NCBI GenBank assembly: GCA_951406725.2
Contig: OX597828.1
Span: 66,216,001-66,280,000, forward strand
Length of the DNA stretch: 64,000 nucleotides
From: Octopus vulgaris
Lineage: Eukaryota
Direction: 5' to 3'
The notes below the pieces were generated by a model, which saw nothing but the letters and a program-made list of their open reading frames with translations, had not been told where the DNA came from and did no database searches. Shown here in pieces: positions 52,166-64,000 of the stretch (the first letter of the stretch is position 1; each line of letters begins with the position of its first letter). Both the position numbers and the translations under genes were made by a program.

Positions 52166-52817
52166 GTGAGTTACTTCTGCTTAGATAACATCGCATCTAA
52201 CCTTTAATGTGCAAACAAGCTAGATCTAGCATCTCACACCGACCTTACAATATCATTCTAAAAATAAACAATCCCATCACTGATATCTCAAAGCTACAAG
52301 ATAATGCACGATTCATTCAAATCAATGTGAATAAAAAAAACATTACAGTTGACAGAATAATCTGAATGATAAAGAGTTAAATCTATTGTTCTTGATTATT
52401 TTGCTATAACCACAAAGAGAAAACATTTTCTGTCAATGTGTAGTTGAAGGTTGTCACAATGATAATGAGGAAAAACTTGAAATACTCTAACAAAAGCTTC
52501 AAATTGAAAGCGACAATTTCCACCCAAAGCTCTTAGACACTGTTAATGAAAAAGATGAAGAATAAACGTAACCATTGGGCCATTGTGCCTTCACTTTCTG
52601 CTGCTGCTTTGAGTTATTTGCATAAGAAATCAGTCATGTGCTTGAATAAATGCATACATAGAAGAAATTTAGTATACCTATTAGAGCATTGTCAGGTTTG
52701 AATGAATGAATGAATGAATGAATGTGTGTGTGTGAGAGAATGAGACAGAAAGCAGTTATTGAAAATGTGGCCAGACAGAAATTTTAGCAAATGAAAGAAA
52801 GGGAATTGAAACCTTAC

Positions 52818-52935
52818 CAGGTATTTTGACGACAGTTCGTGCAATACCTTCATTGCTGTAGAGGGATACAAACTTTTTCTTCTTTTTGAGGGTATTTTCA
52901 TTGGTTGTCTTAGCTTGTGTGCCATTAGATTGTGA
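52818..52935 (-). CDS. TRIP4: TRIP4 exon 4
   Basis: SQSNGTQ...KKKKKFVSLYSNEGIARTVVKIP(G), the KKKxKFVxLY motif preceding the ASC-1 zinc finger; donor G|GTAAG. Confidence 0.92.
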
Positions 52936-53068
52936 CTAAAATAATAAAAATAGTCTTAACTATGCAGAATGACAGAGGTCCCACCTTGATTAGCTTAATT
53001 ACATCCAGTTTTAGAGATGAAATATTTTCTATGGTTTTTAAAATGAAGATTTTCTAACTATTAATTAA

Positions 53069-53289
53069 CCCTTTTGTTACCAACCCGGCTGAAACCGGCT
53101 CTGGCTCTGTTGTACAAATGTCTTGTTTTCTTAAGGTTTTAATTAAAATCTTCCACCAAACCTTAGTCACAATTTATGTTCCTAACACTAGCTTAATGAT
53201 AACTAAGTTATTTTACTAATTTCTTTGTTATATTTAAAGTAATTGAAAGAAACACAGAGCATCTCAAAATAAATACAGTAACAAAAGGG
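53069..53289. mobile_element. piggyBac-like MITE
   Basis: TTAA|cccttttgttac...gtaacaaaaggg|TTAA, 12-bp perfect TIR. Confidence 0.9.
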
Positions 53290-53734
53290 TTAAGAGATAA
53301 CAATCTAGGTGAAAGAGTAAAACAATACAGCCAGTTGATGTTCCATCAGTTTGTTACAAGTTTAAAAAGGATAGAATCATAAAACAGTTGTTAAAAGAAT
53401 ATTTTTTACACATTTCCAGAATCTCTAAATAATAATAACAACCAATAGAAATGTTGATTGGTTGGTTTCTCCAGTCACTCTTTACATTATATACAGAGTA
53501 AAAGAGGGACGGAGAGAAATAACATGTTATGCTCAAAATAGGAACACTGTAATTGACAATCAATGGTAAAGGGATGGTTAAAGATAATAAAAGTAGCCAG
53601 GCACATACACACTCTCACATACACACAATCTTCTGTCAACGACATACACACACACAGACACCACCACAGTTCAAGTAGAAGGATGAAGCTGACAAACAGT
53701 TGGTAGAGGAAAGTAAATAAGTTATATATATATA

Positions 53735-54080
53735 CTAGCAGTATCACCTGGCGTTGCTCGGGTTTGTAAGGGAAATAACTATATAAGCATTTTTAGAGAT
53801 GTAAAGTATAATAGCCATCTCAATATGGCTAACCACAAAGTAATAAATTTTTAGAGAGTTACTTCCCTTATATATGCCAAAAATGCATTAAAAATGGGAA
53901 AAATTGATGGTAAGTTTTTTTTTTAAATCGTAGACGCGTGCTAATACCCAGAAGGGCTCGATATGAATCACGACTATAAGATACCCGGTTTTGGTTAAAC
54001 TGCATCGCAAAATGTGGGAGTAGTTAGGAATCTAAATCGTAGGAGACAGACAGCACACAACCATACTTTTATATATAAAG
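53735..54080 (+). mobile_element. Helentron/HINE (DINE-1-like) element
   Basis: actagcagtatcacctggcgttgctcggg start and gacagacag...tttatatata end, in (TA)n. Confidence 0.6.
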
Positions 54081-54306
54081 AGATATATATATATATAAGA
54101 GATAATGGTGTCATTGAGACCCAAAGGTGTCAGGTAATGCTGAATAAGTGCTATAGACAGACCATAGTTAAGTTCCAGATTTGGTAATATTGCGAATAAA
54201 GGGTTCAATGTTGGTTCTATGTCAGCGTGTGTATATAAGAAATTTTGCGTAATAAGATAAAAAAAAACCAAGGCTGTATAGATATTAGAGCATTTATAGA
54301 TAGAAG

Positions 54307-54361
54307 GTCTTACAGCTGTTTCTAGGATATTAATTAATAATAATATCCCTTCATCGGAGAC
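54307..54361 (-). ncRNA. Type I minimal hammerhead ribozyme motif (Penelope pLTR)
   Basis: GTCT-CCGATGA-AG-GGATATTA..TAATATCC-TA-GAAAC-AGCT-GTA-AGAC: stems I, II and III form; core carries a U4>C change. Confidence 0.6.
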
Positions 54362-54966
54362 GGTGTGAGAGGAAAAGTTGAGTCATAGTTAGTTTCGATG
54401 TGATACATATCTTACATCTATTTACTTTCCTCCACCTCACTCTCTATTTATATCACATCGAAACTAACTATTGTAAATTTTGCTTCCCCACCCTATACAT
54501 CAAATGGTTAAAGAAGGCCAGTAGAGTAAAATATGAATCAAAGGGATCCACAAACAGAAATGGTTGAAAACCACAATTTTAGATAAAATCCTTTGTATTT
54601 TATGGTTCAATACCTGATTGCATTGCACATCCATCAAGTAAAACTCATAAAATATATTCCACTGAATACATGTCTAAATCATATAGCAATGCACTTCTAA
54701 ATGGCCCCTTTATATAACATTAAGGTCTTAGGTTATTGCTGACAGAGCACACCTGTGACCCCCGGGGTTACAAGCAAACAATCCTGTCTTTTATTTAAAT
54801 ATATCCAGGACTACATTCTTCAATGAAGCCTTTTTTTACATTGACATGGTATGATCTGAAGAAAATTAGACTCAAGCAACCACTCTCATTAGACTGTTTA
54901 ATTAATCTCTTCTCTTAATGAGAAGTTTAGTCATTAACTTAATGTTATTTACATGGTTGTACTCAC

Positions 54967-55089
54967 TTCTTTGGGTGTTGGAACCTTATTCGAAACTGGC
55001 TCAGGAACTTTGGGTTTAGCACCCTTTGACTTAGTCTTTTTTGTTGTACCCCCAAAATAGTCTTCTCCACTTTTGTTTTTTTGGTAAAA
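54967..55089 (-). CDS. TRIP4: TRIP4 exon 3 (Lys/Pro-rich linker)
   Basis: TTTTCAG| FYQKNKSGEDYFGG...VPTPKE |GTGAGT; 123 nt, phase 0-0, open frame. Confidence 0.8.
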
Positions 55090-56044
55090 CTGAAAATTAA
55101 ACATATGGTTAAAAGATTACAAAATTTCAAAAGAATGAACTTTTTAATATCTCTCTTTTGCATGCGTGTGTGTGCACACACACAGAGTATTTTTGACTCA
55201 GCTTGCTACTTTAATGAAATTCACCAATTAAACATCATCATCATAATATAATAACTTAGTCATAAGTAATATAAGGATGACACTAAACTGATGATGATGT
55301 TAAACAATAATAATGATATTGAATTATAAATGAAAATAAATTTGATCCTCAATTTTATGAAGATCAAATGCATTTTCATTTATTGGTGAGCAAAGTAAAT
55401 AGCAACATGCAATACAAAATTACATTTAATTTATTGAAAAGCCAATCTGCTTTGCTACACTAAGGATGATGTAACGAATACAATTAGAGACTATTTACAT
55501 GACAAAATTTGTCCTCTGATTCAAAGTGAGTACACAGCGCACATAAATTAATGTCAACCGATGTTATGGAGTTACGGGTTATCTTATTAAGATAGTTGAG
55601 CTGACACAAGAAATATATTCTCGGGTTTCAACATTTTACCCTCTAGCATTTAAACCAGCCATATCCAACCCAAATGTTGTACCTGTTTTGTGTTCAGACC
55701 AGAGAGATCTAGCCTCTCACACCTACCCTACAATGTTGTTCTAAAAATACACAATCCTTAAAGCTACAAGATGGTGAATAATAAATCTAAAATATTGTGA
55801 ATAAAAAAGCATTACATTTGACAAAGTAATTCAAGTGCAGAAGGGCTAAATAAATTCTGACATTAACATGTAATGTTAATAGAGGGAGGAAGAAGACACA
55901 AGTGAATTGCTGGAATAATATAGACAGAGCGCCATTGGAAACAAAATATTGAAATCTATTGGAATATCTACATAGAAACTGATAGCAAAGGACGTTGGTG
56001 ATAAATAATAAACCTTTGTGTACAGTAAATACTTACAGAGAATA

Positions 56045-56240
56045 TTGTTTCCAAATTTTGGCACAAGGCCAGCAATTTGGGGGTTGGTGTACAAATCAAT
56101 TACATTGACCCCAGTGTTCAACTGGTACTTATTTTATCAACCCTGAAAGGATGAAAGGCAATGTCAACCTCAGTAGAATTTGAACTCAGAATGTGAAGAC
56201 GGATGAAAAAGTCGCTAAGCATTTTGCTCAGCATGCTAAC
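56045..56240 (-). mobile_element. Family K SINE
   Basis: Matches the family consensus, CpG-decayed. Confidence 0.8.
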
Positions 56241-56448
56241 AATTAAAGCAGTTGAAATAAATATTTGCTGAACTGCTGTCATGTGCTAATTGCTGATCTT
56301 CGTCAAGATGATTACTGTCTGTGCAACTTAGCTGCAGGATAAAAACCATTGTCATGGGGTTCAGTTAAAAATTTAGTAACATTCATTCATGTACTATAAT
56401 ATTTGAAAACAATAATTTTGTCAATGAATTTCAATAAGTAAATATTAC

Positions 56449-56701
56449 CTTACTCGGAAGATTTTTGGGAGATGCTGTGTTGTTGGAAAGCTTAGGTGGC
56501 AGTGTCTGAGTTTTTTCTCGATTATTAGAACTACTGGGTTCTTTAATAGATTGTTTTGAGTTGGCAAGTGGTTTTATCACAGGTTGCTTCCATTGTTTAA
56601 GAAAATGACTAAGAAATAACTGTACACGGGAATCAGAAGTGTCAAGTAGTTCACTCATATAGTCTTCAACGTCTTGGACATTGTCAATAGTAAGAATATA
56701 C
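56449..56701 (-). CDS. TRIP4: TRIP4 exon 2
   Basis: (R)YILTIDNVQDVEDYMSELLD...KNLPSK resembles the ASC-1 N-terminal domain; acceptor TTAAG|, donor AAG|GTAAT; 253 nt. Confidence 0.88.
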
Positions 56702-58451
56702 CTTAATGGAGAGAAAATACATTTTATATCAATTTCCTGGAAAAGAAAATTATAAAAAGCACAAATCATTAATAAATTACATTAAAAAGGATTCTGTTGA
56801 TATGGCTCTAAGTTAAACTGCTAATTTGGTTTTAATTATTATACTTACAAAGTAAAATACTTTAGATTGAGAACAAATATCAATTCAATGACTACAGAGT
56901 TGAATTTTCATTTAGGTAGGAAAGTCTTGTAGTATTTCCTGTCATGGTTCAACCAGTAAGAATTCTAGTTATCTTCAGGTTTTCAGATTAGTTTAAATTT
57001 ATAATATTTTAATTTGTAAGATTTCAAATAAATGTTTATTTCATGTCTTTACAAAAAAAAAAAAAGCCCCATCACACAGCAGTGCTTTAATACATGCCTT
57101 GTATAAAATATATTGGAGGAGAAATGTCAATTGTTGAAATGGCCAAAAAAAGTTTAGGAAAACAAAAAAAAAAAAATCATTGAAAAGAAACATGAGAATG
57201 CTGACACCTATTAACAATAAAGAGCATAGAATTGTTATGTAATAAGTAGATATTAAAAGAAACAACAAACGACAATACATTTCAAGTATGACATTTGTTG
57301 GATGGTGTCAGAACTAATTTTAGTTCTTTAATCTTAAAATTGCTATCAGAATTCAATATCATTAGAATCTCTTTACATAAATAGTTATAACCCTATCAAA
57401 GAACTGCATAAATTTGAAATCGGAAAGAAGGAACCTGGAGAAAAAGGAGATCATCGAAGCTGAATAAAGTTGAAACCGTTAATAATTGTGAATTACATGT
57501 GTAGAAGCTGTTGACAGGGACTTAGTAGTGTTTATAAACAAAGAGACCAGACACTATATAGGAGTTCCTAAAATTCAGTTTTGGTTATACCAACAGCCCC
57601 AACCCAGAGAGAGGAAATAATGATAATATTAATGATGTAGCTTAAGAGTAAATGTAACAAATGAAAAGACCAAAGATGGAAAATAACTGGGAAGAAATCT
57701 ATTATACAGAACTATCAAACACCTGTCAACATTGCAAAGCGGTCAGTACATATGCATGAGATGCTGTTGATGGGACCCGAGGACAAACAGAGAACTCACC
57801 AGTTGAAATACCAATAAATTTTATTAATAATAATAATAGTAATGGAAATAACAATGATATTACTAATCTATAACAATCCAACAACAAATGGAAAGAACTA
57901 GAGATGAGAGATATTGAACATGTTACCTCCTAGGAGGTCTGCTTGTCAATGCAGATCTAACACCACCTGAGTCAGGTGTTCAGGACAATGTTTCTACAGC
58001 ACCCAACATCCACCTTACAAGTTCACACCAGCCAGATTAGCGGCAAACTAAAGTTGAATCTGTTCTCTCTGGAATCAAATGTGTATCAACTAGGTCATGC
58101 TGATAGCCCTGACATTTTACTCTGCCTTGAAGATTCAATCTAATGAAAACAGAACAGAGAAGACTTTTTAAATGCATTGATATTTATTGCAGTAAAAAGC
58201 TAAACTATAAATATTTGAAACCAACTATTCATTTTTTTTTAATCAACTTACTCTAAGAATTGATTTGGATAAATGTTAAAGTGTAACTTAAAAATAACGC
58301 TTGTATGACCTTTAATAACAAAAAACATATCTAACCAGTGAGATGCTCAAGAGATGTTATGAGAAAAACCCTTATCATAAAGAATAGTGAATAAAAAAAA
58401 AACTTTGTAAGGTCTTTTAAAAGAATAATTTAACATGTTGAGTGGATATTA

Positions 58452-58534
<83 letters not shown>

Positions 58535-58903
58535 CACGTAAAAGCACCCACTACACTCTCGGAGTGGTTGGCATTAGGAAGGGCATCCAGCTGTAGAAAC
58601 TCTGCCAGATCAGATTGGAGACTGGTTCACCAGACCTCAGTCAAATCGTTCAACCCATGCTAGCATGGAAAGCGGACGTTAAACGATGATGATATATATA
58701 TATATTATCAAATTTTGCAATATAGCAGCTCTAGATTAAAATCTGTTATCTATATGACACACTTAACAAATGTTCATGATAGAAAAGCCAATAGCTGCAG
58801 AAAAACCTTTAGTAGACATTATGTTTCTAAATATGCTTCAGAGGGAGATGAATTGAAACAACCATGAGAGTAACAGATGTACAGTTCGCCATTCTTGCAA
58901 CTT

Positions 58904-58954
<51 letters not shown>

Positions 58955-58956
<2 letters not shown>

Positions 58957-59245
58957 CGCTACAAAGACTGCCTCAAGAAGTCTCTAACAGCATGTCATAT
59001 TGACCACCAATGCTGGTCAGACCTGGCTGCAGACCGTGGTGTCTGGCGCCACACAATCTTCAACGCAGTCAGCGAGTTTGAGGAACAAAGAAGACATGCG
59101 CTTAAAGACAAGAGACACACAAGGAAGGCGTGAGCTACCTCTGACACCACACTGGATGTTACCTTTGTCTGTGGACACTGCTCACGGACCTACCTTTCCC
59201 GTATCGGACTTATCAGACATGAGCGTGCATGCACAAGACTGATGG
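58955..59245 (+). mobile_element. RTE (BovB-like) LINE 3' end
   Basis: RYKDCLKKSL...WSDLAADRGVWR...; terminal CGHCSRTYLSRIGLIRHERAC zinc-finger-like motif. Confidence 0.85.
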
Positions 59246-59851
59246 TTCATTTTCTCACTATTCAGATGACAAAAAGATGATTCGAGGACTTTAGTTGGAG
59301 AGGTTCACAAAATAAAAGCATGGGTTGTCAAACTGTTCAATTTTTATTGGCTGGTTATCATCAAGTAATTAGGCATAGACACAGTATAGCGCCAGCAGGC
59401 TGCTGATGGGTGAAGCTAAAAGGATTTCTGTAGAAATAGTCAGCCTCTCACATATTCAAGAATGAGAGACTGTTAAAAAAAGAGCTAGTAATAAGTCAAG
59501 TGAGTAATGTAGTGTTTTGTAGACGGTGAATATTACTTTGCATTCTTGACTTTAACCAATGAACTGTGTGGGTGATGAAGGAATTGGCACCCAGACAGGA
59601 AAGGTAATTTTTCAGGAGGAATTTGTTCAGATATTTTTATGCAAAAACATTTCTGATTTACCATTTAATATATTGAAATGTTGAGTTAAAATGTTAGATT
59701 TCTCAATGAAGCAAATATTGCATCTTTTTGAGCAATTGCACCCTTTTGATACCAACCTACCTGAGACTGTCCTTAATGTTATATTATGCTTATATTACAA
59801 AATAATATAAAACTTTCCATTTTAAAGTGCTTATCTTTAATTAAAGCCTAT

Positions 59852-60157
59852 ACCTGTGCCGGTGGCACGTAAAAAGCACCATCCGAACGTGGCCGATGCC
59901 AGCGCCGCCTTGACTGGCTTCTGTTCTGGTGGCACGTAAAAAGCACCAACCGATCGTGGACGCTGCCAGCCTCCCCTGGCACATAAAAAGCACCCACTAC
60001 ACTCACGGAGTGGTTGGCGTTAGGAAGGGCATCCAGCTGTAGAAACACTGCCAGATCAGACTGGAGCCTGGTGCAGCCTCCTGGCTTCCCAGACCCCAGT
60101 TGAACCGTCCAACCCGTGCTAGCATGGAAAACGGACGTTAAACGATGATGATGATGA
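59852..60157 (+). mobile_element. Family R element, 3 array units
   Basis: Three ggcac.taaaaagcacc units, core and (GAT)n tail. Confidence 0.88.
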
Positions 60158-60775
60158 TATTATAATTGTATGTTAAGTTACATCACAAACATCAACTTAA
60201 CAATGAAAAAGTAAATCCACCCAAATTCTTGATTATTTACAAAAAATTAATTAGAACACAGAGGAAGTGTATTTCAATGGTAGCATGTTCACAAAAAGGA
60301 GGTTGCATTTTCGAAGACACTCCAGTTTATAGCGATGCTGGTGATTCTGTTGGCCTTAAAATTCCAAACTCACTGGGGAAAAGAGGCAGAGTTGATTTTA
60401 TCCCTAGAGACACAAATCCAGCCATTCAATAGAGATAAAATGAGCAACAGATGTATTAAGCGATTGTAAAATTTTAATATATTTTCAGAAACATTTTTAC
60501 TACAAAGAATCGTTTTATTAAAATTTGGACAACAATACAGTTCACAAGAAACAAATTTAGTTTAATACAATGTTCTGTTCTAAAGAATACCGATGCCGAA
60601 CAACTAAATACATAGCATTGTAAAATATTGTAATCTTTGTGATTAACAGTTCAAAACGTAAAATAAATGTTATTAGGAGAAGATAATCTATCATTAAGCC
60701 GTCAAGTCAATTTGAAATGTCAATACTCCTTTCCTATAAAACAGTTGTTCTCAACCTTTTCACTACCAAGGACCG

Positions 60776-61466
60776 GATCTTTTCGGTTTGAACGGCAGTC
60801 TTTTAAAAATAATTTCCACGTAACTAAAAAATTTTAAACTTCGTATACTAGTAGAATGTGTTTATAAAACTTTCTTTTCTCTTGGCTTTGAGAAAATTCT
60901 ATAGTTTGTAAGATATTTGTAGTTTTTTTCTTCAATTTCAGCAATTTCAACCAATCACTGACGTCTATTGAGGTAAAAAAAAAACATCGTGAAGTCAATA
61001 CCACCATGACTGATATACAATCTACAGTGGAGAAGGCTAGCCACTGGATTTGGTTAAAAAGAGACGATGAGCGATGGCTAGAAGTATATTGAGTTCTTCA
61101 TAACCAGCTGATCTCATATCAGTGAGTGGGGGGGGGGGGGTGCGCATTGATGCCGTCGAGAGGTAGGTCCCGAAACGGCGCGCATTCTCTCCTGATGACC
61201 CCATACACTTGCTAGCTTCCGGTATACGGAGCTTTTAACTGGTAGCACTTGCATGTGCAAGTTGTTTGCAAGACATCGACATATGTCCCTCGTTTAAGAA
61301 ACAGATTGGGTTTATTTACATTTCTGAAGAAAAAAAGATACCCTTCCCCCCACCCCTAACCCTAAAACAGATTGAAATGCAATAGATCGATACTAGGGTC
61401 ATAATTATGGGTGACAATTTCATATGACACCGCTAGAAAAAACTGCCGTTCAAACCGAAAAGATCC
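60776..61466. mobile_element. MITE with 25-bp perfect TIRs, hosting a retroelement fragment
   Basis: ggatcttttcggtttgaacggcagt (60776-60800) / actgccgttcaaaccgaaaagatcc (61442-61466); no clear TSD. Confidence 0.85.
60988..61277 (+). mobile_element. 3' end of a HERO-like (restriction-like endonuclease) non-LTR retrotransposon
   Basis: REVNTTMTDIQSTVEKASHWIWLKRDDERWLEVY* resembles the EKASxWxWLKR C-terminus recalled for HERO elements; structured 3'UTR follows. Confidence 0.65.
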
Positions 61467-62582
61467 ATTTTCCTGCACTCATTTTAACTTTGGCATTTTG
61501 ACCATCAAGTGACAGGGAGGAAGAGTCGTGAATGATACTATGAAGAGCTTAGCACCGACGAAGCAATGTCAATAAATAACTATACATCAAGGTATAACAA
61601 AGTGAAGTCTTATTGGTAAAGTATCGATCAGTCAATTTGTTAATTGATAACATTCCATACTTTTGATTTTTCTACTGTGGTTGACAGTGATTTTGCCGAT
61701 GAAAAGTTGCCGAAACACTCTTTTGAACTTGCTCATAACGGCCTGAACGTTGCAGTCAACAGCTGCTGACAACATACACGACTGTACACAAATATTCCAA
61801 CTCAAATCCGTATTTCCATTCGGTTAAAACGAAAGGAAAGTCAAATTATATAATCTCAAAGATATAAAACATAGAGTTTCACCAGTAATGGTAAAATTTG
61901 ATGACTAAGTAAAGATGTTTGACATACGAGTTTGAAACGACGAAGGTTGTTTTAAATATTTGAGATTATAAGTATACATAAGAGTGCCTAAATCATAGAG
62001 TTTCAAATCAGAGTTCAAAGTTTTCTTCACACGAAATACATTTGGAAAGTAATTCGTGAAAGTATGACGTATGTATTATCTCCGAGAGAAACAGAAAGCT
62101 TGGTTGTTGTATACGTGTCTGTTTCGGAATCCGAAACTAAGTTGGAGCTGAGGAAATGTTAAAAAAACCACAATTTGGAAGAAAATAAAGTAGACTTTCG
62201 GAAATAAAGAAATATAGAAATATTGGTGATTATCATAACCTAAAAATGTAAACAACAATTTTCGTAGACTTATGAATAAAAAGACCAGGAGATGTATGGA
62301 ATTAATTTAACGAAAATGAAGGATTTTTTTTTTTTTTTTTAGAGAATAAGCAATCAGGAAAGTATGAACCTTATTTCGTCAACAATAAACTAAAAGCAGG
62401 TGAGTACAGGTGTCAAAGAAGAAGAAAAAAAGGAGTCGGAATATAGAAATGCTGAAACTGTCACATGTGTGTTACATAAAACGAGTTGCCGGATATTGTA
62501 TAATGTGGACTACAAAGAATTTTGCTTTTTTGAAATAAGAAGAGAATGATAGCTCCGTTAAATAAGGATGAGAATTATTCAC

Positions 62583-62659
62583 CTGGCATTTTCTTCGGTA
62601 ATTTCGATCCCTAATCTGGACAATTCTCCACAAAGCCAATCGACCACAGGAGCAGCCAT
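62583..62659 (-). CDS. TRIP4: TRIP4/ASC-1 coding exon 1
   Basis: ATG at 62659; MAAPVVDWLCGELSRLGIEITEENA; donor AG|GTGAAT, phase 2, continues in frame into exon 2; CpG-rich surroundings. Confidence 0.85.
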
Positions 62660-62800
62660 GTTTAACAGACGTTATCTGCCCTTGACGACGCGCTCTTCTT
62701 TGCGCAGAGGAAGCATAATGAGAATTTATGGTTGAACTTCAGCAATTTCGAAATTGGGGCTCAAGGAATTAAATTTCCATTCGGGAGGGATGGCCAACTA
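62660..62800 (-). promoter_or_regulatory. TRIP4 5'UTR/promoter
   Basis: CpG-retaining segment just upstream of the ATG, includes TGCGCA; exact TSS not visible. Confidence 0.5.
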
Positions 62801-63137
62801 AATCGACTTCAGTCCTTCGCTGGTTAATCGTAAAGGATGTAAAGGAAAAGTCAACCTCAGCGGGATTTGAATTCTGCATATGAAAAAACAAAACGAAACT
62901 AAATGTCAATACATTTTGCCCTACTTTTCCTAATATTGCACAATTAGTTGTAACTTAGGCACTAAAAGTACAACGTTAAATACTATGTTATGAAGACACT
63001 TTCTTGTTGATCATATATCTCTCAATTGAAGATACGTTTTCTATTTTAACAAACGATCAAAAAAGGTTGAAAGTATGAGCCAACAAGGGAATCGTTATGC
63101 GGTCGCGATTGATTAATGATACTCAATGATAAAGTGA

Positions 63138-63358
63138 AGGCGGCGAGCTGGCAGAAACGTTAGCACGCCGGGCGAAATGCTTAGCGGTATTTCGTCTGCC
63201 GTTACGTTCGGAGTTCACATTCCGCCGAGGTTGACTTGGCCTTTCATCCTTTCGGGGTCGATTAAATAAGTACCAGTTACGCATTGGGGTCGATGTAATC
63301 GACTTAATCCCTTTGTTTGTCCCCTCTATGTTTAGCCCCTTGTGGGTAATAAAGAAAC
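63138..63358 (+). mobile_element. Reference-quality family K SINE upstream of TRIP4
   Basis: tRNA-like head (ggcggcgagctggcagaa...gagttcacattcc), central cctttcatcctttcggggtcga domain, CpGs intact. Confidence 0.9.
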
Positions 63359-63597
63359 AGATACTCAGTAAAGTGGTTGCCATTTATGAATGCCTATAAA
63401 ATTTTCCTGGAAGATGTGCAAAATAGCTTTCATGTGATCTGAAAAAAGTTCAACCCAATGTCGAATTTCGTTGCGTAGCACCAAGTTAGTCCTTATTCAC
63501 AGACTTATGATCAAAAGGCGCAACGATTTCAAAAGCGAGTGTCTTCATATATTTAAAGAACATGAATAAATCAATAGGATCCGCGTTGGACTAGAAC

Positions 63598-63723
63598 CAG
63601 TGGTTCCCAAACTTTGGTCTGTGAACACGTTAAGCTGACAGATCTTTCAATAATCCTGGGGTCCGTGGGAAAATCCATTTAAATAAAAGGGGTCCTAGGT
63701 AGTGAAAAGGTTGGGAACTACTG
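63598..63723. mobile_element. hAT/Charlie-type MITE
   Basis: cagtggttcccaa...ttgggaactactg termini; near-duplicate flanks gactagaac / gactagac. Confidence 0.8.
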
Positions 63724-64000
63724 GACTAGACTCGTTTCGTCCGTGTACAGTTTTAACGAAGCTGAATCTGTCCTGTACAAGTTTATGCGAAAAGTGATAT
63801 TCTTTTTGTCATTTGATGACACCCTATCCCGCAGCAATTTGCTCGAGCAAAACAAACCTTGGTTTTTAGGAACATATATCTGCAGGACTAAAAAAAATTA
63901 AACTAAGCACTCTGGGGAAAATACAACAAAGATAGGCTTGGGTGTTCAGAGTAAGCGGAACGAAGATGTAACTGTTTAAGCCACTTATTAAATGTTAAAT

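Noticed and set aside
61350-61366. Telomere or interstitial telomeric array
   Set aside because: Only two CCCTAA units, inside a MITE

Overview
AT-rich, intron-rich eukaryotic DNA dense in microsatellites and SINEs. The repeat families suggest an Octopus (coleoid cephalopod) genome, which is an inference. The window holds three minus-strand gene starts. (1) A complete 12-exon TRIP4/ASC-1 gene, CDS 62659->40821, reconstructed by hand: all introns GT-AG, phases consistent, 1809 nt = 602 aa. (2) The first coding exon of MRPL24 (25222->24959), with a probable non-coding exon near 29.65 kb; I could not find its remaining exons in the 25 kb downstream. (3) The first coding exon of an unidentified gene (12646->12537) behind a CpG-rich, multi-CCAAT promoter. 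The rest is tRNA-headed SINEs, RTE-tail elements with hairpin tandem arrays, decayed LINEs (Tx1/L1, RTE, CR1, HERO-like), Penelope-like remnants with palindromes and hammerhead motifs, mariner relics and several MITE classes. Most ORF-track entries are microsatellite or SINE noise. No CRISPR array, rRNA or bona fide tRNA gene was seen. The best leads are structured RNA elements in retroelements, the orphaned MRPL24 exon and splicing features of TRIP4. Repeat boundaries are approximate and no database search was run.
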